Assembly (NCBI GenBank): GCA_951406725.2
Contig: OX597836.1
Location: 47,554,001 to 47,618,000 of the forward strand
Direction: 5' to 3'
Length of the DNA stretch: 64,000 nucleotides
DNA from: Octopus vulgaris
Taxonomy: Eukaryota
Part shown: positions 24,840-37,871 of the stretch, one piece after another
How positions within the stretch are numbered: the stretch's first letter is position 1
Layout: every line of letters begins with the position of its first letter
Position numbers and translations under genes: made by a program
Notes under the pieces: generated by a model
What the model saw: only the letters and a program-made list of their open reading frames with translations
Told to the model about the DNA's origin: nothing
Database searches by the model: none

Positions 24840-25520
24840 AAGAAAGGAGCACTTAAAAAGAAGACCGGAAGCACTCTACTTGTAATGCAAGACCAAGCTT
24901 TGGCCACAAATTGGACGGTCCATCTTAGAAATAAGCAAGTGTCTCCACTGGGCAAAATATGCAATGGATTTCATGAAATTATTGCCCATATCATGAATGA
25001 GTGCCCTAAACTTGCCCAAAACCAGTATAAGTTGTGGTGACATGATGAGGTGGCTAATGTTCTGCATTGGACACTATAGGAAAAGTGCGAGTTAGAGAGA
25101 GGTAAGACATGATATGTCCACAAATCATAGAGAGTGACTGAATCAGAGACTTCCAAAATCCTGTGGGATTTTCTCAGTTCAAACAGACCAGGTTCTTGAG
25201 CACAACAAACCAAACCTCGTGACAGTGGACAAAGTAAACCACACAAGCTCTATAACTGAACTTGCATGACCATTTGACCCACAGTTAAGAAGGAAGGCAA
25301 GGAAGTTGATGCATGCAATCCTCTCAAATACAAGATAGCTTGATTGTGGATGATGAAAATGGTGAAGCTAGTGTTCAATTTTTATGGGGCCTTGGGGAGA
25401 ATATCAAAAGATATTGAAAGAAACATAAAGGAAACGGGAATAGAATGTCTAATAGAATTGTCACAAAAAGTTTGTCTCCTTTGCATGGCCAGATTCATCA
25501 GGGAAGTATTAGATCATTGA
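24840..25520 (+). mobile_element. R4/Dong-clade non-LTR retrotransposon C-terminal fragment (restriction-like endonuclease), decayed
   Basis: Peptide remnants HDEVANVLHW, SKILWDF, LEHNKPNLVTVDK, GALGRISK and ARFIREVL correspond to the RHD...WD...PD...GALG...RIxRxVL series of R4/Dong. Confidence 0.7.
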
Positions 25521-25529
25521 AGAGAACAG

Positions 25530-28040
25530 GTAGCAAGCTTGCTATTCGTGCAAGATTCCAGGAGCTCCAACAACACCTGAATGAAAAGGATAATAATATA
25601 ACTATTAAAACCATGCCCATTGAGGAGGAAGTACAGTAGTTTTGGAAATAGATCTGGTTGCACCCTAAAGAACACTCTTTGGATTCAGCAACAAGTCAGA
25701 GATTTTGAACATATAAGGAGCAAATGTGGAAAGATATCTGTTGAAGATCTCAGTACTTCACTGAGAAAATCCAGCAAATGGCAATCCCTTGGGAAAGATA
25801 AAATCCCTAACTTCTGGCTGAATGCTTTTCCCTGAATCTCATGGGAAAAACTTATACAATGGCATTATACATGACCCCAGGAAAATTCCTCCCGGGCTGG
25901 TAAATGTAATAACTTACTCCCCAAATGTGACAATTCCATGTCTTACAACCATGGAACATCTGTCATTGCTGAATACAAATATATTCCCTCCCAGTGAACA
26001 AAAGGGCTGTAAACATGGCTCATATTGTTGTAAACAGAATGATTCTAGAGGACTTCCACAAATGACACAAAAATCTTTCTATTGAATGGATTAATTACAA
26101 AAATGTATTTGACAGCCTTCCTCATAGCGGGATTGAGAAATTCTTGGAAGTATGTAAGATCTCTCCAGTTATTGGCAATTTTCTGTTGAATCATACATAC
26201 AAAGAAATGGAAAACAACTCTTACACTGAATTCAGAAACAGATTCTATGAATACTGGTGACATTGACATAAAATGCAGCATTTTTCAAGATATTCTGTAT
26301 CACCACTACACTTCTGCATGGCTCTCATTCCCCCAAGTAAACTGTTGAATGACACAAAAAATGGGTTATGACAGACAAATGAAATACCTCTTTTACACGC
26401 ATAATCTAAAGCTTTTCATGAAAAATGATAACAACTGGAATAGCTTTTAACTGTAGTAAAACAGTTCAGTAACAATATTGGAATGTAATTCAGCCTTGAT
26501 AAATGTGCCGAAGCCACATTCTTCAAAGGAAATTTCCTGAAAATATACAACAAACAGATAGACCAGTCTACCATCATTGAGAAATTAGATCCTGAAAATG
26601 ATTACAAATGTTTAGGTGTGTGTCAAGGATGGAATCTAGCACTCACAAATGCATGAAAATGAATGGAAAGAATGTTATCTGCAGAACTTAATGACTGAAC
26701 TTAATCAGAGAAATAGGGTTGATGCAATCAATACCTTAGCTATTGCTGTTGTGACCTGCAGCTTCAACATCATAAAATGGTCCATCAGTGAGATCAGAAA
26801 AATAGACACAAAAATACTCAAGTTTTTCACAACATACCACATACATCACAAAAAAGAAAGATATATAAATAGACTATACATTCTATGAAAGGATGGAGAA
26901 CATAGACTGATGCAGCTACAACTGTCTCTCCATATGGTTAGACACGTATCACAAGAAAACCACTGACTGAATGCTTAAACTTGTCTACAAGTATGAAAAG
27001 ACCAAGAAACTGTATTCAACGTCAGATGAAGCAAAGAAATATGTAAAGGAGATAAAAATCAATGAGACTGAAGCATAACGAAACAGAGGAATCCACTGTG
27101 AAAACGAAAATACAAACCAAATCAAATGGAGTCTCAAAGCTGCAAAACAGGGGGAAAAGTTAGGCAAATGCACTACATGGAGCGACAATCCTGATGTTAA
27201 TACAAATATGACCCATCTGGACTTGAATCAAAAACAGAGGCCTTCATTATAACAGCTCAGGATCAGTGTTTACCCACCAGAAACTATCAAGCAACCATTT
27301 TTTTTTAAATGGTACTGGACCTGCCTGTTGCTTTTGTGGTGCAACCAGGAAAACAATTGACTTCCTCATTTCTGGATGTTTTATGTCAGCCTCACATGAA
27401 TATATTAATCACCATCATAGACTTGGTTAGTATTTACACTGCATCATATACTCTAAGTCTGGATTGCCATATGAGAAGAACTGAAGGGAACATAAAGCCT
27501 GCCAAAGTAGTAGAAAATAAAGATATCACTGTTTTTTTGAAACTTTATTATTCAAACTGATTTAACTATTCAGGCCATCAGACCAGATGACATGGTAAAA
27601 AAAATGATGTTCACAAAACATATTTACTCATAACGATGTCAATCCCAACAAACTGCAACACTTCAGTAAAAACATTTAAAAAGTTAAGGAAATACAGGGA
27701 CCTTGAAATTGGGGCCTCAAAAATTTGGCATCTAAGAACAACAACCATACTTGTGATCATCAAAGGTCTGGGTGGCAATAACAAATGACACTCTTCAATA
27801 CTATGACCAAATACCAGGAAATCCAAAAGAAGCAGAACAACATCCTAAGAAAAATACGACCAACCTGAAAATACCAAATACTCTTAAAACTCTTTCAAAA
27901 CTGAAACATTACCAATTTAACAGAACCTTGGTTCTCAGATTCTAGTCCCTTTTCCCTACAGTACATCCTTGTTAATAAATAACATTCATAGCAATACGTC
28001 CAACTTGTTATTTGAGGTTTTGAGGTGAGACTTGGAAAAA
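25530..28040 (+). mobile_element. R4/Dong-clade non-LTR retrotransposon, RT plus REL endonuclease pseudogene
   Basis: In order: SKWQSLGKDKIPNFWL, EQKGCKHGSYCCK, WINYKNVFDSLPH, TELNQRNRVDAINTLAIAVVTCSF, EAFIITAQDQCLPTRNY, KPAKVVENKDITV, KYRDLEI. Many stops and frameshifts; followed by an (AAC/ATC/AAT)n tract. Confidence 0.85.
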
Positions 28041-28090
28041 GCTCATATAAAACAACAACATCATCATCATAATAATAACAATAATAATAG

Positions 28091-28305
28091 TGGTTTCAAA
28101 TTTTGCCACAAGGGCAGTAATTTGGGGGAAGGGGATAAGTTGATTACATCAACCCCACAGTTTCACTGGTACCTAATTTATCAACCCTGAAAGGATGAAA
28201 GGCAAAGTTGACCTCAGCAGAATTTGAACTCAGAACATAAAGACAAATGAACTGCAGCCACTAAGCATTTTGCACAGTGTTCTAACAATTCTACTAACTT
28301 GCCTC

Positions 28306-28349
<44 letters not shown>

Positions 28350-28485
28350 TGATAATAATAATAATGATCCTTTCTACAATAGGCACATGGCCTGGAATTT
28401 ATGGGGTGGGGGCTAGTTGATTACATCAACCCCAGTGTTCAACTGGTACTTATTTTATCAACTCCGAAAGGATGAAAGGCAAAGC
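28091..28485 (-). mobile_element. Two SINE family B copies (28091-28305; partial 28368-28485) separated by (AAT)n
   Basis: The core GAAAGGATGAAAGGCAAAG occurs twice; (AAT)n at 28306-28366. Confidence 0.8.
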
Positions 28486-28548
28486 AGAAATAAAAAGTTT
28501 TGAATGGTACAACAATACATTATAATACAAACAATGGGCTATATACCT

Positions 28549-28779
28549 ATTTCTTTATTACCCTCAAGGGGCTAAACACAGAGGGGACAAACAAGGACAG
28601 ACATAGGTAATAAGTCGATTACATCGACCCCAGTGCGTAACTGGTACTTAATTTATCGACCCCGAAAGGATGAAAGGCAAAGCGACCTCAGTGGAATTTG
28701 AACTCACAACGTAACGACAGACGAAATACCGCTAAGCATTTCGCCCGGCGTGCTAACGTTTCTGCCAGCTCGCCGCCTT
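28549..28779 (-). mobile_element. SINE family B, full length with 12-bp TSD
   Basis: TSD GGCTATATACCT at 28537-28548 and 28780-28791. Confidence 0.9.
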
Positions 28780-29695
28780 GGCTATATACCTGTTGCAATT
28801 TAGTCATCCATAGTCTGATGATATTTCAGAATAAAATTCCTTCTTCAGAAATTCTTAGATGGAGTCGCTGCTATAATTGGTTTTCTAACAGCTTTTAAAA
28901 TTTCTTTTTTGTTTCTTTGCATTTACATAAGGCCTAAATTTGTGAAGGATAATGTACAATCAATTATTGAATTTTTCCATTCCATCCAGCTGTTTTCAGT
29001 TTACTTCTGGGTAAGAGCCTTAGCATGCCACAACAGGCTTATCCATACTAGTCATAATCCTACCTGTCCATGCTAGCCAATGGCTGAAAGGGTTCCTCCT
29101 GTGGTTCAATGATTAACTCTAGCTATCAATACCTCAGTGGAATTTGAACTCTAAATACAAAGAAACCATAACAAATACCACAAGGTATCTCATTCAATAC
29201 TAACAATTCCACCGACCCCACTACCCTAGAAGAGTACTTTATTTGGCATGGGCAACCACTTTCAGGAAGTGAGTCATATGAGACATGGCTCAACATTAGG
29301 TGGGTTGCACTACTAAAAAAATAAAGTTTTTCATTAGGCTTGCTATTCAGGAAGTCCTACAGACTGTAAGTTGCCCATAACTGATGTAGAGGCTCCTGTT
29401 AATGATTCATATTCATAAACAATTACATTTTCTATGTTAAAATAAGTTTTCAAAAAATACTACATATTTATAGAGAAATAGTTGTTGACAGTCCCAAGCC
29501 AATCCTGAATGAGCATGTCTGTCAATTAAAGGCATTCCAATTGTATTTTTTTCAGATACAATTTAATTAGGACATTATCTAATGCGTTCTCTTCTTTAAA
29601 ATGGTAAGAGGTTCATCAGGGAGATCTAATTAATTACTATTTCTACAATGTTGAGTAGGTTAGGCTGAAAATATTTGAAACAAACTTATAAATAA

Positions 29696-29820
29696 TCTAT
29701 ATTAATAAACAAGAAATTCTGTCTGTCCGGGACCCTTGTATCTCAATCTGCATTTGCGCTACATAGACATATCATACCTTTTTTGAATCAGGACGATCCT
29801 GGGATTGAAAATCTGCCCTT
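29696..29820 (+). mobile_element. Helitron-like 5' terminus fragment
   Basis: A|TCTATATTAATAAA followed by CTGTCTGTCC, typical of non-autonomous Helitron 5' ends. No 3' end found. Confidence 0.4.
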
Positions 29821-31895
29821 CATTTGGTTCTTGAACATCCAGCATTGGTATCTGATTTAGAAGCATTTAGGTTGCTATTTCTAGCAGGTAAAGCTTGGCT
29901 GGTTCACACCATCTTGGTTGGCATTTGTCAGATGATGTCAGAGATCAAAGGGGAAATAAGTGACGTTTGTTTCATTAATTTTAATTTGAGATAAGAACTT
30001 TGGGACAACTTGGCCAACTGTTGGAATTCAACTTGGGACTGGAACAACAGAATGATTGCATTAGAGAATTAATTCCCATCCATCCTTAACCTTCGATCAA
30101 ACACTACCAGGGCATACAGTTGTTAGACATATAGTCATGCTATTCAGCTCTTCAGTTTTGGATTGCAGGCCCAATTAGCCCTCTGCAGGAGCTAGTTTAA
30201 AAGTCCACAGAGAGTGCAGCTTTTAACCCTTCGTAGGCCAGCTAGGTTTTCAAAGATACCCAGATATGCTTAAAAGTAAAAAAAAGGAAAAAATCAGGAT
30301 GGTCACAGAACTTCTTTGGTGATAGGTCTGCAAAGCTATGAAGCTTATGTTTGCTAGATTATTGGTTTCAAATTTTGGCACAAGGCCAGCAATTTTGGGG
30401 AGAGGGTAAGTCAGTTACATCAATCCCAGTGCTTGACTGGTACTTATTTATTATTATTGTTGTTGTTATTGTTGTTGTTTCTGTCACTAAACAGGTTACA
30501 GGGTGTGTGATGAAAAAGTTTTGACAAAGAAACAATAATAATAATAATAAAGCTGAAGTAAAGACCAAACATATAGTGTGTGTGTGTGTGTGTGTGTGTT
30601 TCACCAGTAAAATATGACCATCCCCAAATACAGCATTAATAAAAAATATTTCCATGTTTTTGTTTTCAACTAAAATAGATATTTACGCTAATAACACCTA
30701 CATTATTAACCTGTGGCAAGAAGAAATGCCACATAAAAGCAGAGGAAAATAAAGAAATAAAAACACAAAAGGTAATATACTGTGTTACATCAAGATATCT
30801 TTCAATAACTCAAAAGCGTTGTTTACTTAACTGACGGAATTTTTATCTCATTATTGTTGATTGTTGATTTTTATATCAGTATTATGCAACTGTTTGAACG
30901 TAAATAAATTATTTTGCAAGGTTAATCCTGGAATGACTTTCAAGTTGCAATTGATTGAATCATTAATTACATCAGTTAATGATTACTGAGATATTGTCTG
31001 CATTGGTTAATGTATTTATGTTTTCCACCAACCTCTTTATTTTTCTGCTGCACTACACCATCTCACCTTTTAATAATTTCTGCCACATGGTTATTATTGC
31101 TAGCCCCCTGGGGACGTGAAATAGAGGCTAACAAGAACTGAAGAGACCCACCCATTCAGACTTACAAACCCATTAGATTATTTAGAAAACATCTAAATAT
31201 GAGGGTTCATCAAAATACTTTTTTTTTTTTTTTCTATGATGATAGTCGGGCGACAGCAAGAAAACAAAGAATTTTTAGAATAATTTATCAAATGCATATA
31301 TTAGTGACACACAATGGGCTCAGAGCTAGAGGTAGCAGGGATTTATCTCCCCACTAGCAATATAAATAAGAGAGCATTTTGCATCAGAAAGTCAATGAGA
31401 GTCTCTCTCGTGTGATCTGCCACAGTATAGTTTATTCTTATAGAACAGCCACATTTAAATGGGTGGGAGGGTCAAATGTTTGACAGTTAAAATGAGAGGT
31501 ATGACTTCACACTATATATGGTAATAGATTGAATTTCATTTGAGGTATAAAAAAAACATACAGGTGAGAACTGTCAATACCACACCTGTGGAAACTTAAA
31601 CAAGAATTAGAAAAGTTATGTAAGCCTAGCTGTTAAACTTGAACTCTTTTACACGACTAAAATGTGTATACATACATGGAACTGAATTTAATGTATATAT
31701 ATATATATAAATATATTTGTTAGTGAGATACTTTAAAAACAGCTTAAAAAGAAACCCAATTGAAATCTCATATTAAGAAATCAATTTTTAAAAATGTGCA
31801 ATTTTGAAAAATCCTAAGCTAAATCAATGAAATTTCATTCATAATAAAAATACAATCTGTACTCAAGAAAACCCACCCACCACAACAGAATTGAG

Positions 31896-32367
31896 GGCAA
31901 GACTTCCTTTTGTACCTACCCTGCAAACACCCATTAAAAAATTTTGTTTTTCTACACAAACCCACATTTTTGGCTAAGGAGAATACGAATCAACAAAAAA
32001 AAATTTAAATTGGCAAAAATCAGCATGTTGAAATTACCCCTCTCCCTTAATTTCTTCATTTTTAATGTTTTTCAGAATTTTTTTTGTCAAAATATGCGGA
32101 AAAATACAGAGATTATGATTTTGAAAAAAATTTCCAAAAATTTTTGTAGTTAGGGTTACGGTTTTGGGGTTAGGGCTTTAGGGTTTGGGTTAGGGTTTTA
32201 GGGTTAGGGGGGTTACGATCAGGGTTTTAGGGTTAGGGAAAAAAGTGAAAAATGAAGAAATTAGGGAAGGGGGGAGCGAAATTTCAAAATGCTGATTTTT
32301 TGCAATTATCCGGAATCTCCATATCTGAAAACGGGTGTTTTTAGCCGCTGCGGGAGGAAGTCTTTCT
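31896..32367. mobile_element. Non-autonomous TIR element with long imperfect inverted repeats and a central telomere-like array
   Basis: Ends GGCAAGACTTCCT / AGGAAGTCTTTCT; inner IR blocks GCAAAAATCAGCATGTTGAAAT and TAATTTCTTCATTTTT. Probable 8-bp TSD GAATTGAG / GAAATGAG. Confidence 0.75.
32150..32238 (+). repeat. Degenerate interstitial (TTAGGG)n array
   Basis: TTAGGG and variants (TTTTAGGG, TTTGGG, TTACGG) over ~90 bp. Confidence 0.9.
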
Positions 32368-33055
32368 GAAATGAGATCCTAAAACCAAGGTGCCTCATAA
32401 AAAGCACCCAGTACAGTCTGTAAAGAGGCTGGTATAAGGAAGGACATCCAGCTTTAGAAACCAAGCCAAAACACAATTTAGAACTTGGTAGAGCTCCTGG
32501 CCTTGCTTGTGCCTGACAAGCATGGAAAATAGACAGTAAATGTTGATAATGATGATGAATCTAATGAAGTGAAAATTAATGTGGATGTTGCAAGAGAACC
32601 AACTCTACTAAACACAAAGTTTATTCTTAACTAAGAGCCAATAAGGCATTTCATGGGAAAGGCCTTACAGATTTTTGTCTAATACACAAAACTGCTACAC
32701 ACTATATTGTTTGATCGTATAGAAATAATGTCTGATGCTGGTCAAAGAAACGCATGATTATGAAGAATGAGACCATCTGTTTTATAATAAAACAAACACT
32801 CTAAAACAAGTTAAATGTCATCCTTAAATGAGTAGTTAAATGCTTTTTACACAACTCTTTATATACATTAGAATACTTTTAACATTGACATGTGTGATAG
32901 AGTTTTATAAATATATTTCAAAACAGAATGCTCCAAATGTCATCAGCAACAGTGCTGGTGACAACGATATTATTTTATCACGAGTGGACTGAAGTCATTA
33001 AAGCTGTAAGTTGATAAAAGAAGAATAATGACCTTTCTTTGTGAACAAAGGTTAC

Positions 33056-33093
<38 letters not shown>

Positions 33094-33190
33094 ATAGAGA
33101 GAGAGAGAGAATGAAATAGAAGGAAAGTTGAATGATAAACAAGAGAGAATGATAAAGAAAACAATTTTCATTGAACAAGCATTTCACTGA

Positions 33191-33372
33191 TATAATAATA
33201 ATAATAATGTTCGTCCTTCAGGTTCGATTGACATCATTTGGTGGAATTGCTGCTATGAGACCGGAGGTGGCTGATGAGGCCTATCCGGGCAAGAAAGCCC
33301 CTCCCACAGGTGGGGCAGAAGTGGGTAGGGGCTGTGCTATTGGTGCAGGTGGCACTGGCTTTCCACATCTGG
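33191..33372 (-). mobile_element. RTE (BovB-like) LINE extreme 3' end with C2H2 finger and (TTA)n tail
   Basis: The minus strand encodes THFCPTCGRGFLARIGLISHLRSH...*, followed by a short UTR and (ATT)n. Confidence 0.85.
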
Positions 33373-33580
33373 TATATTTCTTAGAAGTATGACAAGTGTG
33401 AATTTGTTGCTGGATAAGCTTTAACAATCTTATTAACACTACAATTGTATCTCTAAAGATAATAAAATCTGAAGGGCAGTGGTTGAGTAAGTTGGTGGTT
33501 GAGAAGGAACTGTACTTTTTGCAGCACCTTGTTGAAGCATTTAAACATTGCTTGGATTACTAAAATTCTAATGAATACAT

Positions 33581-33772
33581 TGGTTTCAAATTTTGGCGCA
33601 AAGCCAGAAATTACATCGGCTCCAGTCTTCAACTGGTACTTATTTTATTGACCTCGAAAGGACGAAAGGCAATGTTAAACTAAGTGGGATTTGAACTAAG
33701 AACATAAAACCAAACAAAATGCCACTAAACATTTCGCCCAGCATGCTAATGATTCTGCCATCTCACCACCTT
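33581..33772 (-). mobile_element. SINE family B, older subfamily
   Basis: TTTCAAATTTTGGC tail and diverged core. Confidence 0.7.
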
Positions 33773-34318
33773 CACTATAATGGATAGATTAACTGATATG
33801 ATGCACTACTTATGAGGTCCTCAATTAGTCTTTCAGCAGATGAATGAATGATGGGATTCATAACTGACACTATCACAAGCAAAAATTGGTGACGAAACTG
33901 CTAGTTTGGATAATTTAGGTGACATTAAACCAAACACTTCTCTGGTAGGGTACTGATCAAGGGCTGATATTTTGTCTGGAAATCCAAGAGGCCAAAAATG
34001 ATAAGTAATGAGCTAGGAGTGGGGCACATAAGTAGGTGCACAGGTAAGTAGTAAGTATATGGGAAGAGAGAATTGTTATAACTTTGCTTTGGGTAGATGG
34101 GGTGAGTCTTCTGATATGAAATCAATATTACTTGTAAGAGACATTATTAAAAAAACAAAAAAAATCAATCATGGTGAAGAGGAAAATGACACCAAAATGA
34201 ACTTGTTGAAAATTTTTGAAATCACAACACCAAAACAAACTTCTTGCATAAACCAGGGGTTGAAACATGTATTACAATGATTAGTAGAAAACAGAATTTG
34301 GAGGTAACAATATATCAA

Positions 34319-34728
34319 CCCTTTAGCATTTAAACTGGCCACACCCAAACTAAATATTCTACCTACTTTATGTTCAAACTGGCCATATCCAGTATGTCAC
34401 ACTTACCCTACAATGTCATTCTAAAAATAAACAATCACATCATTGAAATCTCAAATCTACAAGATAATGTAGGATTAATTCAAAACGATATAAATAAACA
34501 AACATTACATTTGACAGAGCAATCTGAATACTAAAGGGTTAAATATTTTACCAGCTTTATGTTCGAACTAACCAGACCCAGCCCCTCACATCTGCCCTAC
34601 AATATTATTCTAAAAATAAACAATCACATCATTGAAATTTTGGAGCTTTGAGATAATGCATGATTAACTGAGAACAATCTGGATAAAATAAGTATTACAT
34701 ATGACAGGGTAATCTGAATGGTAAAGAG
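34319..34728. mobile_element. piggyBac-type MITE (34319-34538) plus a tandem partial second copy (34543-34728)
   Basis: CCCTTTAG...CTAAAGGG|TTAA, then repeated internal sequence ending GTAAAGAG|TTAA. Opposite orientation to the 5819 copy. Confidence 0.8.
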
Positions 34729-35344
34729 TTAAGGTTGAGGGGAGAGGAATATTTAACTATTTTCCAAACTTAATATTTAAGAAAAACCCTTATTGTAATA
34801 TTCTAATTTCCAAATTAATTGACTGCTAAGATTTCTCAATGTAAAAATGACAACAAAAGTACTAGACTCTCTGACAGATCTTGTCTCTCTCAAATTCTAC
34901 ATAGAACTCACATATGTTCTTTGTTCTTTTTGTTTTAGCCATGATAGCTAAGGTCATACTGGAGCACCCTCTTCAAATGTTACATATACATTACCTTTTT
35001 TCTGTTTACTGCCAACCTTCTTTGCTTAGTTTGTCTTTCTGTCCTTACTTGACAAGACTACATCAATTTCTCAGGCTTGCCTCCAAATAATTTCTTCTAT
35101 AGTCGGACTTTTTATTTTGTACATTCCCATAATAAAGTGCCCTATTGTTTTCAAATATGAAAGTCATTTGTTGTTTTTGAGTCTCAGTCATCTATAGAAG
35201 GGAATGATAACCTTAATGTAACAAAATTATTAGCTTTTTAAAGTCTAAATTAACAACAACCCTAACTTGTTTGATGTAGTAAGCCAAGAAGTTTTAACCA
35301 ATTTCATGAAAAGCAATAGAAAATGAGTCAGGTCTAATTAAAAT

Positions 35345-36029
35345 TTATTACCTCCACCAAGGAAGGAGGTTATGTTTTCATTGGCATTGGTTTGTCCGTC
35401 TGTGTGCAAAATAACTCAAAACGTGAACGGTATTTGATGAAATTTGCAGGAAAAGTTGGTAATGACACAAGGAACAGATGATGAAATTTTGGTAGCGATC
35501 TGGGAATTTTTAAAGATTCTTGAAGGATTTTTCAATTGTTATATTTACTTTACATGAAGTATTACGTAACGTTCTTTGATTATCTCCCTTGAAAACACGT
35601 TCTTTGTTCCACTTAACCTATGGTGGTGTTGCTGTTTCCAAAGTTTATTTTTGTTTCTCTATTAGTAATTTTACTCGCGTATCTCTCTTAAAATGAGCTG
35701 CTTGGCGGAGGTCTGCGGAGGATGGCATGACACGCCTTGACTATTGGGATCGACTCAAAAATCTCAGGCTTTGCTCCCTCCACCACTGCTGTGAAACTAG
35801 CTTGCTGTTGTCATTGATGTATTATAACTGCTTCAGATGATTCCTGTTTTTAAAGGGGTTTTTTTTTACCTTAAAATCATATGACTATTATTTTGTTTTT
35901 ACCACTGCCAAGCAGGTTAAGTTTTTGCTGGCATTGGTTTTGGAAATTAGGCAATCTTCAGCATGCGTGTATACGGGTGGAAATGAGCTGCTTGGCAGAG
36001 GTCTGCACTCTCTGAGTGCTTTTCTAGTT
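35345..36029 (+). mobile_element. Helentron-associated non-autonomous element(s) (HINE/DINE-like), two partial units
   Basis: 5' TTATTACCTCCACCAAGG with subterminal IR partners CTTGGCGGAGG (35701) and CTTGGCAGAGG (35991); 3' hairpin GCACTC-TCT-GAGTGC then TTTTCTAGTT; second 5' unit ACCACTGCCAAG at 35901. Confidence 0.75.
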
Positions 36030-37444
36030 CAAGTTATGCCATCATCACTAAATATGTAAATGCTGGCCCTTGGTTATAACTTTTATAACAGTTTTGTTAT
36101 TGTTTTCACAAGATCCCCTCATCAGTGTTCTTATCCATGCATTTGTCCATGCTGGCATGAGTTGGATGGATTTTTCTGAGTCCATGTTTTTACAGCAAGA
36201 TGCCTTTCCAGTTGCCCACCCTTTCGCTACCCCTTACAATACATAGGACAATGGTGTACTTATTCTAAAAAAAAAAATAATCTATGATAACGTTATTGTT
36301 GCTTAGGCCCAGGAAGGCACTGATCATGTGAAGTCATGATCAAAGGTTTTCAAGCTACAATCATCATCATCTATTTTTTAAGGCACAGTATATCTAGGGG
36401 TGTCTTATCCAATGTATTTTTTTAAGTAGTCCCATGATTTGAGAAAAATTTGGTGACTATTTTAGCAAATCAACCATTCAGAAATCACAATCTTGGTGCC
36501 AATGAGCAAATGTTTAGAAAGAGAAGTAGCTAAATCCTGTAGAAAAATTCACCGATAGATATTTACTAGATACCAGCTGTTTCTATCGCAAGCATGATAT
36601 ATAAACACTTGCTAGATTACTGTATAATTAGAGGAATCAACATATAAATGGGTAATTGCTTCTATTATCTCCAGCAAAATGGAAAACACAGAAATTGTGA
36701 GGTTTATACCTTCCTTAAAACTATTTATTTAAAACTAACAATGTAAGCAAAATGAAACCATTCTAACGGAGGAGTGAAACCAATTTGCAGAATGAAGTGA
36801 TTATTCACCATCACTCTGCTTCACATGCCAACATATTATCCTACAATTATTTGAGAGATTGCCTATGATCAAAGCCATTCCAGGTAAAGCCAATCACTTC
36901 TGTGAGCGGCATCAAGAATGACATTATTGAATAGGTTCTCTGTTCTAAGCTGGCAGGGTGTTTTAAGGGGTAGATTTTGGATGTTATTTCTAGCAGCTCA
37001 AGGACCCACATAGAGACTCCCTCGTTAGTTGGTCTCCCTGACCTGGTGGTTTAGCTACATGCAAAGTAACATCCTATTCTTACCTGAGGGATCAATATAA
37101 TACTTAATGTCCTAGATGAAAGTTGACTTGTACTACAGAACAATATGTAAATCTTGTAAACAAGATAAACATTTGACGCCGTAACTATTAATAGGAAATA
37201 TTTATTATAACAACCACACAAATTAGCGTACCAACAATTTAAAATACTATACTCATTTATTAAAAACTAATTGATGACTATCAATAAACTTACAGGGCTA
37301 ACTAATTCACCAATGAGTCAAAGAGATGGGGAAACTCTATGGTTATGCAACCGACCAGAAATTACAAATTTCCATCAGATTACATTCCACTGACTTAAAA
37401 CGGATAAGTGATTTGTATCAAGTTTAAATTAATCCAAGATGCAA

Positions 37445-37871
37445 CCCTTTTGGTAGCAACCCAGCTGAAACTGCCATTGGTTCTAGGATACAATTTCCCA
37501 GTTTTAAAGATGTCTAAATTAAAGTCTTCCACTAGAATTTCATGTTAATTTATGTTCCAAACACTGGCCTAATAATGGCTTCAAATATTGGTACAAGGTC
37601 AGCAAGTTTGGGGTAGGGGATAAATTGATTCCATCAACTCCAGGGGACTTATTTTATCAAGCCCTAAAAATGAAAGGTAAATTTGACCTCAGTGAACTTT
37701 GAACTCGGGACAAAAAAGATAAATGAAATACCACTAAGCATTTTGCCCAGCATACTAACAGTTCTGCTAGCTCACTGCCTTACACAGTTATTTTATTAAA
37801 TCCTTAATTATTTCCAAAAATTAACTGAAACAAAGGCAGTATGCTTCAACAGAAATATTGTAACAGAAGAG
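37445..37871. mobile_element. Old piggyBac-type MITE (51092 family, reversed) interrupted by SINE B (37578-37781)
   Basis: The CCCTTTTGGTAGCAACCC end and the internal TTTATGTTCCAAACAC match the reverse complement of 51092-51524. Confidence 0.6.

Noticed and set aside
33261-33341. Apparent hammerhead (CTGATGA...GAAA with a GC-rich stem)
   Set aside because: Spacing and cleavage triplet are wrong. It is the antisense of an RTE C2H2 coding end (CPTCGRGFLARIGLISHLRSH).
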